This document shows, one piece after another, positions 25,098 to 38,005 of a DNA stretch of 64,000 nucleotides. The translations under genes were made by a program, and so were the position numbers. Every line of letters begins with the position of its first letter. Position 1 is the stretch's first letter. The notes under the pieces are model-generated. The model searched no databases. It was not told the origin of the DNA and worked only from the letters and a program-made list of their open reading frames with translations. The stretch is taken from positions 25,990,464 through 26,054,463 of the forward strand of contig NC_043011.1 of the NCBI RefSeq assembly GCF_006345805.1. Reading direction: 5' to 3'. Source of the DNA: Octopus sinensis (Eukaryota).

Positions 25098-26026
25098 TTT
25101 ACTTCAGTTTCAGGCTGACGATAAAGGACAATTTCAGTTGCTGATTTGCCCTTTGAACTAAACTGGTATTTAGGCACCGATTGAATAACAGTCTGAACAT
25201 TTATATTCATAGTTTCTTTAATGTACTCTTTAAGAACTGCCGCTATTTCAATAATCAGCTGTCTCTGTGGTACACGTCTGCGATATTCACCAAGATCTTC
25301 TGTTGGGATTCGAATAATTTTAAGTTTATCTCGATAAATAGATTTGGCCATGAATTTCGCAGCTAGAAGCTTGGTAATTTCTGTATAAGTTTTTCTAGAA
25401 TAGACAATAGATTGCGCTCTTTCAACTGGTACATGTGACATTTTTGATGTTTGTATAATAAGTTCCTTCACACCAGGAACAACAGTTTCAAATATTTCAC
25501 TTTCTTCTTCGTGTAATTTTGCTAGTGTAGATTTTCTTGATGATAATTTACGAGAACATTGAGGGAGAGGCTGTTTATAATAGCTAACGTCACTGCTGGA
25601 ACAGTCTCCCATCTCTTTCCTGTTGTTACCAAAAGAATCATCCTCTAGCTGTAATTTGGCTTGTTTTATGGCCACTCGTTGGTATTGTTGGACTTCATCA
25701 CCAGTTTCGCTACCAGAAGCAAGTGATGGGTGCGGTCTGCGTACTAGTTGGTTTTGTATTTTATCATCCCAATCACTATCAGAAGGAAGGGAAAGCTGTT
25801 TGATTGAATGTTGGTTTTGCCTTTTATCATCAGCTTCACTTTCAGAACTGCAGAGGTTAAGCTGTTTGCTGCTTTTCTCAGCGGAGATGGGCTGTTCTTT
25901 CTCATTGGTTTCTATAGCTTCTTTCTTCTTAAAAATTATTAAAGGCATCCGAGTTGAGAGACGTGGCCGGCGTAGAAGTATTTTACTCATGTCTAACAGC
26001 TTTGTAAGGAGTGACACGCTCACAAG
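25098..26026 (-). CDS. large coding exon of an unidentified protein (Ser/Asp/Glu-rich linker followed by a globular-looking segment)
   Basis: Only long non-repetitive ORF (about 310 codons); acceptor CTCTCTCAACATTTCAG/ at 26027 in phase 0; donor candidates GTAAAG, GTATGT, GTAGGT near 25103-25093, followed by T-rich intron-like sequence; 3' boundary approximate. Confidence 0.8.
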
Positions 26027-26465
26027 CTGAAATGTTGAGAGAGCATGAATTAAATATAATCAAAGTTTTCTTGTTAAGTAATAAACATGTTAGTAAAAAG
26101 TATTATGTATTATTTATGAAAATATTAGCAAATTATGTATTTTGACTAGATTTACTGCTTTCTTTCCTTCACACCACATGACAATATCCAGCTTGTTTGC
26201 AACTTGAATGGGAAAGAATCCTTGACACAATGGTAAATCTGCAACCACCTCCCAATAGCAGTCCTTGTCTTATGCTATGTTAGAAATAAAAAAAAGCCCT
26301 TAAGAGTTACGTCTGAAATGAGTTTGATCATAGGTCTCCTAGATTTGAAGTTTACCTTGGGCTAAACGACAACAACATCAAAAGGGTTGCTCCATAACAA
26401 TCCTATACTTCTACTCACAACATTGATTCCACAAGCTCATCACTACCACACTCCTTTATTCGTTG

Positions 26466-26497
<32 letters not shown>

Positions 26498-26834
26498 GAA
26501 CTTTGGAAGTCCGCTTATAACCTGAATTTGCTTTTTATAAAATTATCTCTGATACTTCATGAGTGTAGCCTCACCCACTAAGATGTTTGGAGAACTCATA
26601 TGTGTTTTAGCTGATGAGTATGGGACACTTGTATTTGCTGCAATATTTGCAGCTTTTAATAAAGCCTGTCTTTGTATGAAACAATTGTACTAAAAAACTA
26701 ATCCATTCTTGTTGCTTTTTTCTCGTTTTTTTCACATTATTGTATGGTTAATACCATATAGTTTTCTGGTGCATCTAAGTTAAGTACCGCATTCACGTGA
26801 ATTCATTAGAACTGACTTGAATCTTAATTGCTTT

Positions 26835-26887
<53 letters not shown>

Positions 26888-27430
26888 TATACATGCATAC
26901 ATACATATATATGTATGTATATATGTATGTATGTATGTATATATGTATGTATGTATAAATTAAAGGTAGAACAGAAAGAACATAATGAATGGAAACCAAC
27001 AAAACACAACATGCAGAAAAATAAACGATAGTATGACAAACGACAAACAGGACAAAAACAAGATACACGGATCATTTGCAGCTGATTAGCTCATCAGTTG
27101 GAGTCAGTTATGTCCTTGTAGTTTCGACCCCTTATCTCCAATACTACTCAAATCAAGTTGGTGCCAGGGACTTAAGCTAAAAGCATTAAACCTCTGGGAA
27201 AGGCAAACGAATGTATACAAGAACGAAAGCAGGAACAGAGACAAAAATGAGAAAGCTAGAAATATACACATATGACAGAATGCCTTTTGGCTATGCAATA
27301 GAAGGAAAAAAAATGTTTTTACATATGCAAATACAAATAAGTAAATAACAGAAAGGGTCTTTCAACTATTGGACAAACGTAATGTTATACAAGTGCAACA
27401 GAAAAAGAATTATACATATACAATGGACAA

Positions 27431-27890
27431 ATGAAGGTCTCAGACATGTGCCCACTAAATGGAGCTTGCATGTCCGAGACTATCATTTATGAAGCCACTG
27501 CAGACTCTATATCCACTAAGGACATGGTTTTGATGAAGAAATACATGGGCCTTACAGAAGGTAATTTCAAGGCCAGATTCAATAATCACACCTTGAGCTT
27601 CAGGCACTGGGATAAAAGGAAAATGACCAAATTATCCAGTCATATATGGTCCTTAAAAGATAAAGGTGTCAGTTACAACATCCACTGGAAGTCAGTTACA
27701 ACATCCACTGGTGTAAGCCCTACACCAATGGCAGTGGAAAGTGCAGTCTTTGTGATATTGAAAGATGGCTCATCTGGAAAAGCAGCTTAGACCCCGCTAC
27801 ATGTCTGAATTCAAGAACTGAACTTTTCGGGTCATGTCCATGTGTCACCAAATATTCGTTACATTTTTGGTCCCTCCGAGATTACAGATA
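27431..27890 (+). mobile_element. Penelope-like element GIY-YIG endonuclease fragment
   Basis: CPLNGAC..ETIIYEA..KYMGLTEGNFKARFNNHTLSF..TKLSSHIWSLKDKG; after a 23-bp-period duplication (27669/27692) continues CKPYTNGSGKCSLC..LNSRTELFGSC. Confidence 0.85.
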
Positions 27891-28609
27891 GGACTTGCTT
27901 TCTATATTGTGTCCATGTACAAGCTTTTTATCTCTATATACTTTTTACTTATATTTCTTATATATTTTTTATATATATTTATATATTCTTTTATATATAT
28001 ATTTTTTTACATATTTATAGAGATATTGTTTTATAGGTTTATTGCTCATATACTTTTTACACATATTTTTTTCTGTATTCTACTGTCCACCCTGCAATTT
28101 CCCTGTGCGTATATAGACGTGAATATGGAATCTTTTGTGTGCACGTGTAAATGTGTGCGTGTGTGAGGATATGTGCGTATATAGACGTGTTTTACTCTTA
28201 TTGCTTATTCTTTTATACTTCTTTACACATTTTTTCTGTATTTTGCCTTTAGCCCTGATTTTTCTTGTACATGTGCATGAACCTTTTTTGTGCGCATGCA
28301 CATGTGTGCGAGCATGTATGCAGGTATGTATATATTTTTTGGCGAATGTGTGGGTGAGCATGTGTGCGTTTCAAGTGAGGGTTGGTGAGTATATACTTAT
28401 AGGTGCATGTACATGGGTGTGCGGGCACACATGTGTAGGTATGGACATGCGCGCTTGCACGAATACTATGAACATTTTTACTCCCTTACCTTTACCCTCA
28501 CCCCTCACTTAGCGGTCATTCTAATAGCTCTTTTGTCTTAATAACAGTCAATGACATAGTAATTTCCCCTTGTTTAACGGTCATTTTCATAGTATTTTTT
28601 CGATGGCCG

Positions 28610-28670
28610 GATAACTGAAGAAATGGTGGTGTGGGTTTCCACCCCGACATCAGAAACTCAGAGTTTTATC
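28610..28670 (+). ncRNA. variant hammerhead ribozyme motif
   Basis: GATAA-CTGAAGA-stem II with internal GTGGG tt TCCAC hairpin-A-GAAA-CTC A GAG-TT-TTATC; one extra nucleotide before GAAA, GUU site. Confidence 0.6.
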
Positions 28671-28708
28671 ATGGCTACCAAATAATTGTCACATATTATA
28701 TTTACAGA

Positions 28709-29720
28709 CTAGCACTATGGCCCAGCATTGCCGGGTCTAGGGCTAGTGCTTGTTGTTCGTTGCCAGGTCGCAGTAAAAATATCTTACTAAATCAAGAGCT
28801 AAGTTTCTTATCACATTTCAGCCCGGGCCAGTTTTGTTGCTTATGAGCTAGTTGGAGCTTTTTATGAGAGTAATTTTATGAGAGTAATTCAGTTTTCACA
28901 CCTGGAATGGCATAATCATGGAAAATTAGCGGGACTGTACACATGCCATTAGTCAGACAAAAAGAGAAAACCTCGAATTTGGCCACAAAATAGCATGATT
29001 TTGAAAATACACATAAATCTCATTTGTTGAGTTTTGGTTTCACACCCAACCCAGTTCTGCGCAATCAGTGTTGCAACGGGAACGTATGGGTTGGGAGTTT
29101 GACTGGCAGAGGTGATCAAGTTGCACATGCCAGCCCTTTTGACACCAAAACTCCCCTCACCTAACCCCCTCGTCCTATGAGTGAATAGCAATGGCGGGAA
29201 GAAAAGTGCCGATTCTGGCAAAAAGGCAGAGCAATTAGAGCACAAAAAAACAGCATTCAAAGTGATTTTATGAGTATGATGCATTGAAGAAAGTAACGCA
29301 GTAAGGTCAATAGTTATAAGTTCATGACGCATAGAAGAACCTAAGACATCAAGGTTAACTAAGGTATAAATAATAGGTATGCCTTTTTGCCAGAAGGTTA
29401 ATTGGGCTCCCGATCCACTGAAATGGAGGGGGTTAGGTTCAGACCACAACTAAGCCTTCAACTAAAACCTAGACTAACCTTATGGAAGGTGGCTCGGGAG
29501 CCTCTAATAGGCAGCTTCTAATCCCGATCTAACACTAACCCATCCTAGGGATTCTAAATGACATGGCTGTAGAGATAATTGGCTGTGGAGATGTGCATGG
29601 TGGGTTTGTTTCAGAGGAGGATGACTGCATTGGATTAAGAACCATTGAAGAATGTAGCTTTGGAGATCTGCGTTGGCAAAACTTACCAAAACTTACAGAC
29701 AGCCTTCACAAAAAGGGACC
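28709..29720 (-). mobile_element. Helitron-like element, 3' end clear, 5' limit uncertain
   Basis: Minus strand ends CCCGGCAATGCTGGG hairpin, short spacer, CTAG followed by T (28708). Confidence 0.55.
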
Positions 29721-29724
29721 TAGC

Positions 29725-30132
29725 CCTTTAACCTAACTTGATAAAAGGAACCAATTCTTCTCCACGACAACGCTCGGCCACATGTCACACAACTGATCCT
29801 GCAGACGTTGAATGAATTGGGCTACGAAACTCTGCCTCATCTGCCATATACACCAGACCTCTTGCCTACCGACTACCACTTTATCAAGCATCTCAACAAC
29901 TTTCTGAGAAATGCTTCGAAACCAAGACGATGCCAAATACATCTTCAACGACTTCATTGCCACCAGAACACAGGATTTTTATACTACTGGCATAAATTAA
30001 TTTGTTTCGCGTTGGCAAAGTATGTTGATTCTGATGGTGTTTAAATTTCGATTAATAAAATTTTGTTTGAGCTGAGATATGTACATCTGAATTTAAAGGT
30101 TAAAAACCGCAAGAACTTTCTTGACAACCTAA
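29725..30132 (+). mobile_element. mariner transposon 3' fragment
   Basis: HDNARPH, ETLPHLPYTPDLLPTDYHF (YSPDLAP.D motif) and right TIR AACCGCAAGAACTTTCTTGACAACCTAA followed by TA. Confidence 0.9.
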
Positions 30133-30196
30133 TATTTGCTTTCATATTTCATTTTCATGTTGTTTACTGTTTGTGATGTCCTGTACCCATAAATGC

Positions 30197-30261
<65 letters not shown>

Positions 30262-30302
30262 TATATATATATTATATTATATATATATTATATATATATA
30301 TA

Positions 30303-30545
30303 TCATCATCATCATCATCATCATCGTTTAACGTCCGTTTTCCGCGCTAGCACGGGTTGGACGGTTTCGACCGGGGTCTGGGGAGCTCGGGACTGCCCCA
30401 GGCTCCAGTCTAGTCTGGCAGTGTTTCTACAGCTGGATGCCCTTCCTAACGCCAACCACTCCGCGAGTGTAGTGGGTGTTTTTTACGTGCCACCTGCACA
30501 GGTGCCAGAGGGGTCTGGCATCGGCCACGTTCGGATGGTGCTTTT
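30303..30545 (-). mobile_element. retroposon family C
   Basis: (CAT)n CGTTTAACGTCCG... GGATGCCCTTCCTAACGCCAACC. Confidence 0.8.
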
Positions 30546-30683
30546 TATGTGGGGGGTGGTGCAGAAATATAGGGGAGCACCAGTGGGGAGGGGTGGTTCA
30601 GAGAAATGATGACAGGTTCTAGGCAAGTAGAACGTAGGATATCGAGAGAGGGGTAATGCATGGTGAAATAGCATATTGAAGAG

Positions 30684-30734
<51 letters not shown>

Positions 30735-30885
30735 GTATGTGTATATATTATATATATATGTATATATATGTATATATGTATGTATATATGTACATATATA
30801 TATAAATAAATGCATGTGTATATATGCACACACAAACACACACACACACACAACAAACAGAACCAGCAGCACATCACCCCTAGAC

Positions 30886-30975
30886 CAATGTAGCAGGGAG
30901 TAATGACAGAAGGATATTGATAGCCAACATCATTGCTATCAGAGCAAGACAAATTTCTTCTTCAGCTGGTAGCAA
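30886..30975 (-). CDS. candidate 90-nt exon upstream of the 25098-26026 exon ([30 protein letters not shown])
   Basis: Long T-rich tract ending ATCAG/ at 30976; single open frame, phase 0-0, in frame with the big exon; donor GTCTAG is weak. Confidence 0.35.
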
Positions 30976-31561
30976 CTGATATTAAAAAAAATTAATAAAA
31001 AACGAAAAAATAGAAATTCTGAATAAAAAGTGAAAACAAAACAATAAAATAAAAAAAACAAAAAAAAATAACTGCACTAGTAGATACTGCCACTGCATCT
31101 AGCTGATGCACATCTGAAGTGCTATGAAACAATGCCTCTTATCTTTGGACAGCACTGTGTTTAAAGTACTTCAGTATTTCAAACACTAAGAGGAATTGAA
31201 ATCAATGTGGTGAAGGCAATTGGTTCCACATAGAGTGTCATGTGAAAATATATATGTATACACCATTGCTTACAAGAAAACAACATGTAGCCTACAACTG
31301 CTGGTGTTGTTGATGCTGTTTAGCCCCAGGCCAGTACTCATTTAGGAAACTTTTACAATCAAAAGCATTCTGTCAATGACCATCCTCTAGGTGCAGGCAA
31401 GTCAAGTCTATGTGGTTAAGAAGTTCACTTTGCAAACTACAGTGGTTTCAGGTTCAGTCCCATTGCATGGCACCTTGAACAAGTGTTTTCTACTATAGCT
31501 CTAAGGGATGACCAATGCTCTGTGAGTGAATTTGGTAAGTGGAAACTGTATGGAAACCTCT

Positions 31562-31599
<38 letters not shown>

Positions 31600-31600
<1 letters not shown>

Positions 31601-31990
31601 GAGCAAAATGCACCCCTGTCCAATGGGCAGTGCTGAGTTATCAAACAGTTAAACCAAATTATCTCAAAACAACTTGTCCGACCGTCCCATTTTGTGGCAT
31701 TATTTCAAGCCAGCCGGCTTTTTTTGCGCAAACTGCATATGCATTTTCCTCGCGTATGTGTTATATCGATTGAAACAGCTGCTGTACTTGTGTGTATAAA
31801 TGCACGTTCCCACAGCTTTATCGATCGCATACTCACCTGGAATCAATTTTTGTAATTTTTTTAAGACTTATACACGCCCTGATACCGTCGGTATCTGCAT
31901 ACCAAATTTGAGCGCAATCAGATGGAGGATGCCCGAGATCCTAGAAGACACACACACACACAGAATGGATTTTATATAATATATATATAT
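31600..31990 (-). mobile_element. Helitron-like 5' portion
   Basis: CCAAATTTGAGCGCAATC...GAAGACACACAC...ATTTTATATA architecture parallels the 5' end of the 48253-48765 Helitron. Confidence 0.4.
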
Positions 31991-32294
31991 GTAAATCATC
32001 ATTATCATCATCATCATCATATATACACACACACACACACATATCAGAGGCAGCCCCATGTCATCAGTATTACTCGGGCTCATCACAGATTTTGCAAAAA
32101 AACACATCTGCTCAAAGAATTTCACATTTTTCCACTTTATTTCTAGCCCCAAATGGCTTATTTTTTATACCTAGCACTATGCCTTTCTCCATTTTTAAGT
32201 TGAAGGTAAAAGTAAAGCAACTGTAGCCCTCCTCCTTTTTCGCACCTGGATTAACTTGTCTAATGTCATCATCATCATCATCACCATCAACATC

Positions 32295-32700
32295 ATTATC
32301 ATCATCATTTAGTTTCTGTTTTCCATGCTGGCATGGGTTGGACAGTTTGGCAGGAACTGGTAAGCCGGAGAGCTGCTCCAGGTGCCAGTCTGTTTTGACT
32401 TGGTTTCTATGGCTGGATGCCCTTGCTATTGCCAAGCACCTCACAAAGTGCAGTGAGTGCCTTTTACCTGTCACTGGAGCATGGATGCTTTTTATGTGTC
32501 TCCAGAACAGGTGCTTTTTATGTATCACCAGCATTGTCCATGATTATGACTTCACTTAGCTTGATGTGTCTTTTCAAGCATGACAAATCATCAAAGGTCT
32601 CGATCCACCAAAGGTCTCAATCCGCCAATGGTCTCAATCTGCCAAAGGTTTCACTCCACCAAAGGTCTCGGTCAAAACAATGCGTTCTTCCTTGACATAG
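32295..32700 (-). mobile_element. retroposon family C including five 17-bp tandem units (32592-32671)
   Basis: Family C core; unit CAAAGGTCTCGATCCAC. Confidence 0.7.
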
Positions 32701-33155
32701 TAAGGTGTGAAATGATATGCTGCTGCTGCTGCTGGTATTACTAGTGGTGCTGTGTAGAGGCAGGGGTGAGAAAAGTGGTTAATAATGGTTTGTTTATAGT
32801 TAGCTGTGGTTTTTCTTCAACTATTATTGTGATTCTACACCAGAGGACTGTCTATCAGTCATGAGAAAGAAACACTATTTGTTATGTTGGGTTGTCAGAG
32901 TTGTGATAGTGTACAGTAGAGAGTATCATGTGATATGTCAGGCAGTATTACATATTCATTACAGAATGTTTAATGATAATGTCATATTTTGAAAAATAAA
33001 AATTTATTTTATGGTTTATTAGTGATCTTATTTTGAACTGCATATATATGTGGCACTAAAATCTTTCAAGTGCTTAGGGCTTCTATAAGTTTTAATCTGG
33101 CCTTGGCAACAGCACCATCTCAAACATATGAGTAATACTCCATTATGTGTCTCAC

Positions 33156-33188
33156 CTGAGCTTTGTGGTATCAATAACTGTTGTGGCC
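33156..33188 (-). other. candidate 33-nt micro-exon
   Basis: Acceptor CTGACCTTTCTTCTCAG/ and donor CAG/GTGAGA, both close to consensus. Confidence 0.35.
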
Positions 33189-33499
33189 CTGAGAAGAAAG
33201 GTCAGTTTTTGGTATGCAGTCTGAGCTATGTTTGATTGATTTCCAGCCCATGTTATCACAGATCAATCTGTGATAAGCATAACATGGTTCACAAATGAGC
33301 ATAATGTTTTATCCTGAATTAGTGATGAATGAGTCACTGATAAACACAGCTACAGGTTTCTACACATAGAAAATTCTTTCCCTCAAAGCAGAGGCCTGGG
33401 CAAGATCATCTTGTAGAAGACCAGCCCATGTATGCAAATCTCTCTTCTCCTATATGGAACCAATGCTTATCCAAAACAAAAGCCCAAAGGCCAGGACCA

Positions 33500-33800
33500 A
33501 TATTTGACTCATGATCATAAGGTTGTGAGTTCAATTCCTGGCAATGCATTGTGTCCTTGAGCAAGACACTTTATTTCATGTTGCTCCAATCCAGTCAGCT
33601 GGCAAAAATGTGTAGTTCCTGTATTTCAAAGGGCCAACCATATCACACTCTGTTTCACACTGAATCTCTCTGGGAACTACATTAAGGGTACACATGTCTG
33701 TGAAGTGCTCAACCACTTGCACATTAATTTCACGAGCAGGCGGCTGTTCCGTTGATCGGATCAACCGGAACCCTCACCATCATAATCGATGAAGTGCCAT
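33500..33800 (+). mobile_element. tRNA-head SINE family D-related copy
   Basis: GAGTTCAATTCC, CCTTGAGCAAGACAC and the GTATTTCAAAGGGCC...GGAACCCTC body shared with 42694-43072. Confidence 0.75.
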
Positions 33801-34417
33801 ACCGGTTGTATTACTGTAAAAGATTGATTGAAATGCCTAAAATCTTTGTTACCTCTCTTTTACAAACGAAACATTTTTGAGACAGTATAAGAAATCATTA
33901 CTGCAAAAAAAAAACAGAAGTTAAAAAAAAAACATATATATATTTTTTAAATCAATTTTAACAATTACTGTGCAAAAGTTATTCTGATAATGGGAACATA
34001 GAGAAGAATTTGATGTGGTTTTTTTTTGTTTTTTAATTTTTTGAGTGGGGTGGAGGTAGACAGTAAGGAAACATGTTTGTGTGTATGTGAGTGTAGAAGG
34101 GAGTAGAGGGTAAGAGACAAAGGAGGTGTATTTTATTTATATATTTATTATTATTGTTGTTGTTGTTGCTGTTGGTGGTGGTGGTGGTGTTGTTGTTATT
34201 ATTATTATTATATTTTATTTTTTCATTTTTGTTTTTCTTTCAAATGTATTTTCTCCTCTTCCACCTCCACCTCCTCTCTGCCTCGTCCCCTTCCTCTTCC
34301 ACTGTTTATTTGTTTCCATCTTGTGCACATGACCAGCCACCAACATTCCCTCCTCCTCCCACGCCCACAATAACACAACCCCTTCTCCCTTCCCCTTCAT
34401 GTTCTCCCTTCCACCCT

Positions 34418-34419
<2 letters not shown>

Positions 34420-34516
<97 letters not shown>

Positions 34517-34627
34517 ACCTCCACTCCCTACTACGCACCCCTTCCCTCCAGCAGCCCAATGATTGCAGGACATCATCACATCTGTTATTGATTTTCTGCT
34601 TGGATCATTTCATAAAAAAAAAAATAC

Positions 34628-34658
<31 letters not shown>

Positions 34659-35485
34659 TGCAATAATAAAATAAAATAGAAATTAAAAAAGAAAGAAATC
34701 AAATAGAAAATAAATGACAAAATAAACTAAATAAAAAAAAACATGACCGACATAACAACAACAACAACTATGGAAGATATTAAAAAAAACACCTTATCTA
34801 ATGTCATTAACCTGAGTGTTATTGCAATTTATCATCATCATCATCATAAGCATCATCATCATCATCTAGTGATTATCATTAACATTGCTACTTCCATAAC
34901 TATCACAACCACCGTTATCATTGACATCATCACTGTCGTCATCGACATCATCATCATCATCATCATAACCATCATCACCACCACTACCACCAACAACAAC
35001 ACCAATACCATCATCATCATCATAATCATAATCATCAATCATCATCATCATCATTATAATCATCATCATCACTGTCATCATCTTTATCATCATCACCATC
35101 ATCATCATTATCATCACAACCACCACCATCATCATTGTTATCAACAGCATCAGCAGCAGCATTATTTCCATCTTCACTACTTGCTCATTGCCACTGGCTC
35201 CAATATCTACCATTATCATCATCATCATCATCATCATCATTCACTAACACTGTCATTGTCTCTTCATCGTCACCACTATTACTACCATCATTACAACAAC
35301 CACCACATCACATGACCGCCACCACAAAAACACCAACATCAACACCAACACCAGCATCACATCACTAGCACCACACAACCCTCATCAGCCTCATCATTTT
35401 TGTAATCCTCATCATCACCACCAACGTCCTTGTGATTATCAGAACCACCACCAGCTTCATCATCATCATCATCATCATCATTATC
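34420..35485. repeat. (CT)n, (AAT)n and (CAT)n/(CAC)n low-complexity tracts
   Basis: Directly visible. Confidence 0.9.
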
Positions 35486-35574
35486 TGACATTTATTTTCC
35501 ATGCTGGCATGGGTTTGACGGTTCGACAGGATCAAGTGAGCTCCAGGGCTGCCCCAATGTGAACTTGGGGTGGT

Positions 35575-35810
35575 TTCTTATTTCTTTATTGCCCACAAGG
35601 GGCTAAACATAGAGGGGACAAACAAGGACAGACAAAGGGATTAAGCCAATTACATCGACCCCAGTGCGTAACTAGTACTTTATTTATCGACCTCGAAAGG
35701 ATGAAAGGCCAAGTTGACCTCGGCTGAATTTGAGCTCAGAACATAACGGCAGACGAAATACCGCTAAGCATTTCACCCAGCACGCTAATGTTTTTGTCAG
35801 CTCACCGCCC
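35575..35810 (-). mobile_element. SINE family B with alternative 3' tail
   Basis: Same head/body as 1647-1856, tail TTTGTCCCCTCTATGTTTAGCCCCTTGTGGGC. Confidence 0.8.
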
Positions 35811-36415
35811 TGGATGCTCTTCCTAGCATTAACCATCTTGCAGTTAAAAGTAAAGTAAAGTTACCTTCTCGAGTCATGTCGACATGTTTCATGGTATATA
35901 AATTCCCCGCCTGGATGGAATACCAGTCCATTGCGGGATTACTCATTTTTTGCTAGCTGAGTGGACTGGAGCAATGTGAGATGAAGTGTTTTACTCAAGA
36001 ACACAAAGCATTATCCAGTCCAGGAATTGAAACCACAATCTTACCATCATGAGAAAAAATCCACCAATTTTTTCACTTAAATATATTTATTTATATTATA
36101 TAGAGGGCATTACTATACATAAATGCCACACGCTAGGAGGGACTCTTAAAGTCAAAACTACCAAAATAAATAAACACATCGTACCGAATGCAACTCTCGA
36201 ACTAAGTCATTTAAAAACAGAATTTAGCTGCATATCAGAGTGATTTCATAATTAGTTAAGTAATGCACTTTTTAATCCTCAGTGCAAGCATAATTCAAGA
36301 TTTATAACGAATGAACAAAATCAACATACCAGACGGACAACCAATGTATCCAACATAGCATATAGAAATGTTCAGCCTTTATATGATATAAATAAATATA
36401 TTTAAGTGAAAAAAA

Positions 36416-36832
36416 GGGGTGATGTCATACTTGGTCGTGGGATGATGAGAATTGTATGCTGTAAAAAATTAATCAAACAGCATTTCAACTCTGTGTGTAT
36501 ATAAAAAAGAGGAGGTATATGAATGTGTGTTTGGTGTGTGTGTGTGTATGTATTTGTGTGTATTTGTGTGAGTGTGTGCATGTGCTCATGCAATGGAAGT
36601 GGGATGGTTCATCTTTGTTTGCTTAGTATTTGGGTTTATTTTTTGATTTGGTTGAATCTTGGTTGTTTGTTCTTTTTTTGTTGGTCAGTTATTTTTAGCA
36701 TTTTGATAGAAAAAGTAATTCTAAAATTGTTTTTTAATATTACCATGCCCAAACAAGTCGAATGCTTACACAGAGCAGGTTTTACAGCCACATCATCTAA
36801 ACCAACTGGGTTAAACTGGACTTAGCTGCTAG
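36416..36832 (+). mobile_element. non-autonomous Helitron-like element, 3' part
   Basis: Paralog of 22194-22609; ends CTAG followed by T. Confidence 0.6.
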
Positions 36833-36835
36833 TAT

Positions 36836-36902
<67 letters not shown>

Positions 36903-37049
36903 TCATCTAATTTCATGCTTGCATTAAAAGAACATGTAAAAGCAGATAAAAATATCCGATGTGATTTGAATGAAATCTGGCAGTTATTTCTAGTAGATCA
37001 AAGTACCATATAGAGGCTTCCTTAATGGCTCAAGTGTATTCATTTGCAT

Positions 37050-37875
37050 CAGTTATGTGGATGGATGGATGGATGGATGGATGTGGGTGGATCAAAGTGA
37101 ATGACTGAACAGGTGAGTTGAGAGTTGGACAAGTGGATAAATGGATGTAGGTGGATGAATGGACGGATGGATGGATGGATGGATAGATAGATGAAGAGAT
37201 GGTCGGATGAATGAATGGGTGGATAGATTGATGGGTAAGTGGTGGAATGGATGGGGCAGATGGAGGGAAGGATTAGATGCAAAAGTGGAATGAGTGGGAT
37301 TGATGGATGGATGTTGGGGATACATGTAGATGGATAGGCAGGGGTATATATGAGTGGATAGATGGATATAGGTGAGTGGGTGGATAGGGGTAGATATTGA
37401 TGAATTGGTAAATGGATGGGTAGGTGAATAGATAGATAGATGGGTGGATAGATGAATGGATGGATTGGTGGAGGAATGAATGACAAGACATAGGTGGGTG
37501 GGTGGCTGGATGGTAGGGGGGAAGATGAATTGATAGATTAGTAAATGGACGGGTAGGTAAATAAATAAACAGTTGGATAGATGGACAGTTAGGGATATGG
37601 ATAGATTCTTTATCTTTTATCCTATACTTGTTTCAGTCATGAGACTGCGGCCATGCTGGAGTACCACCTTAAAGATTTTTAGTCAAATGAATCAACCCCA
37701 GTAACTGTTTTCTTATGATTTCTTTTTTTTTTTTCTAAGCCTGGTACTTATTCTATCATCTCTTCTGCTGAACCACTAAGTTAAATACATCAACACAGTT
37801 GTCAAGCAGTGGAGGGTGAGGGTGAGGGGACAAACACAGACACAAAGGCACACACATATATATATAATAATATAT

Positions 37876-37922
<47 letters not shown>

Positions 37923-37970
37923 TATATATATAATAACATATATATATATATAGTGGCTTGCCCTTCAAAT

Positions 37971-38005
<35 letters not shown>

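Noticed and set aside
26611-26640. CTGATGA in a (TA)n-flanked island (similar cases at 30950-30965, 42393 and 49711)
   Set aside because: Core half only; no compatible stem II plus GAAA
27040-27135. Minus-strand GAAAC ... CTGATGA-GC taatca GC as a hammerhead
   Set aside because: No GAAA after stem II and no NUH/stem III after the upstream GAAAC; cannot be folded into any permutation
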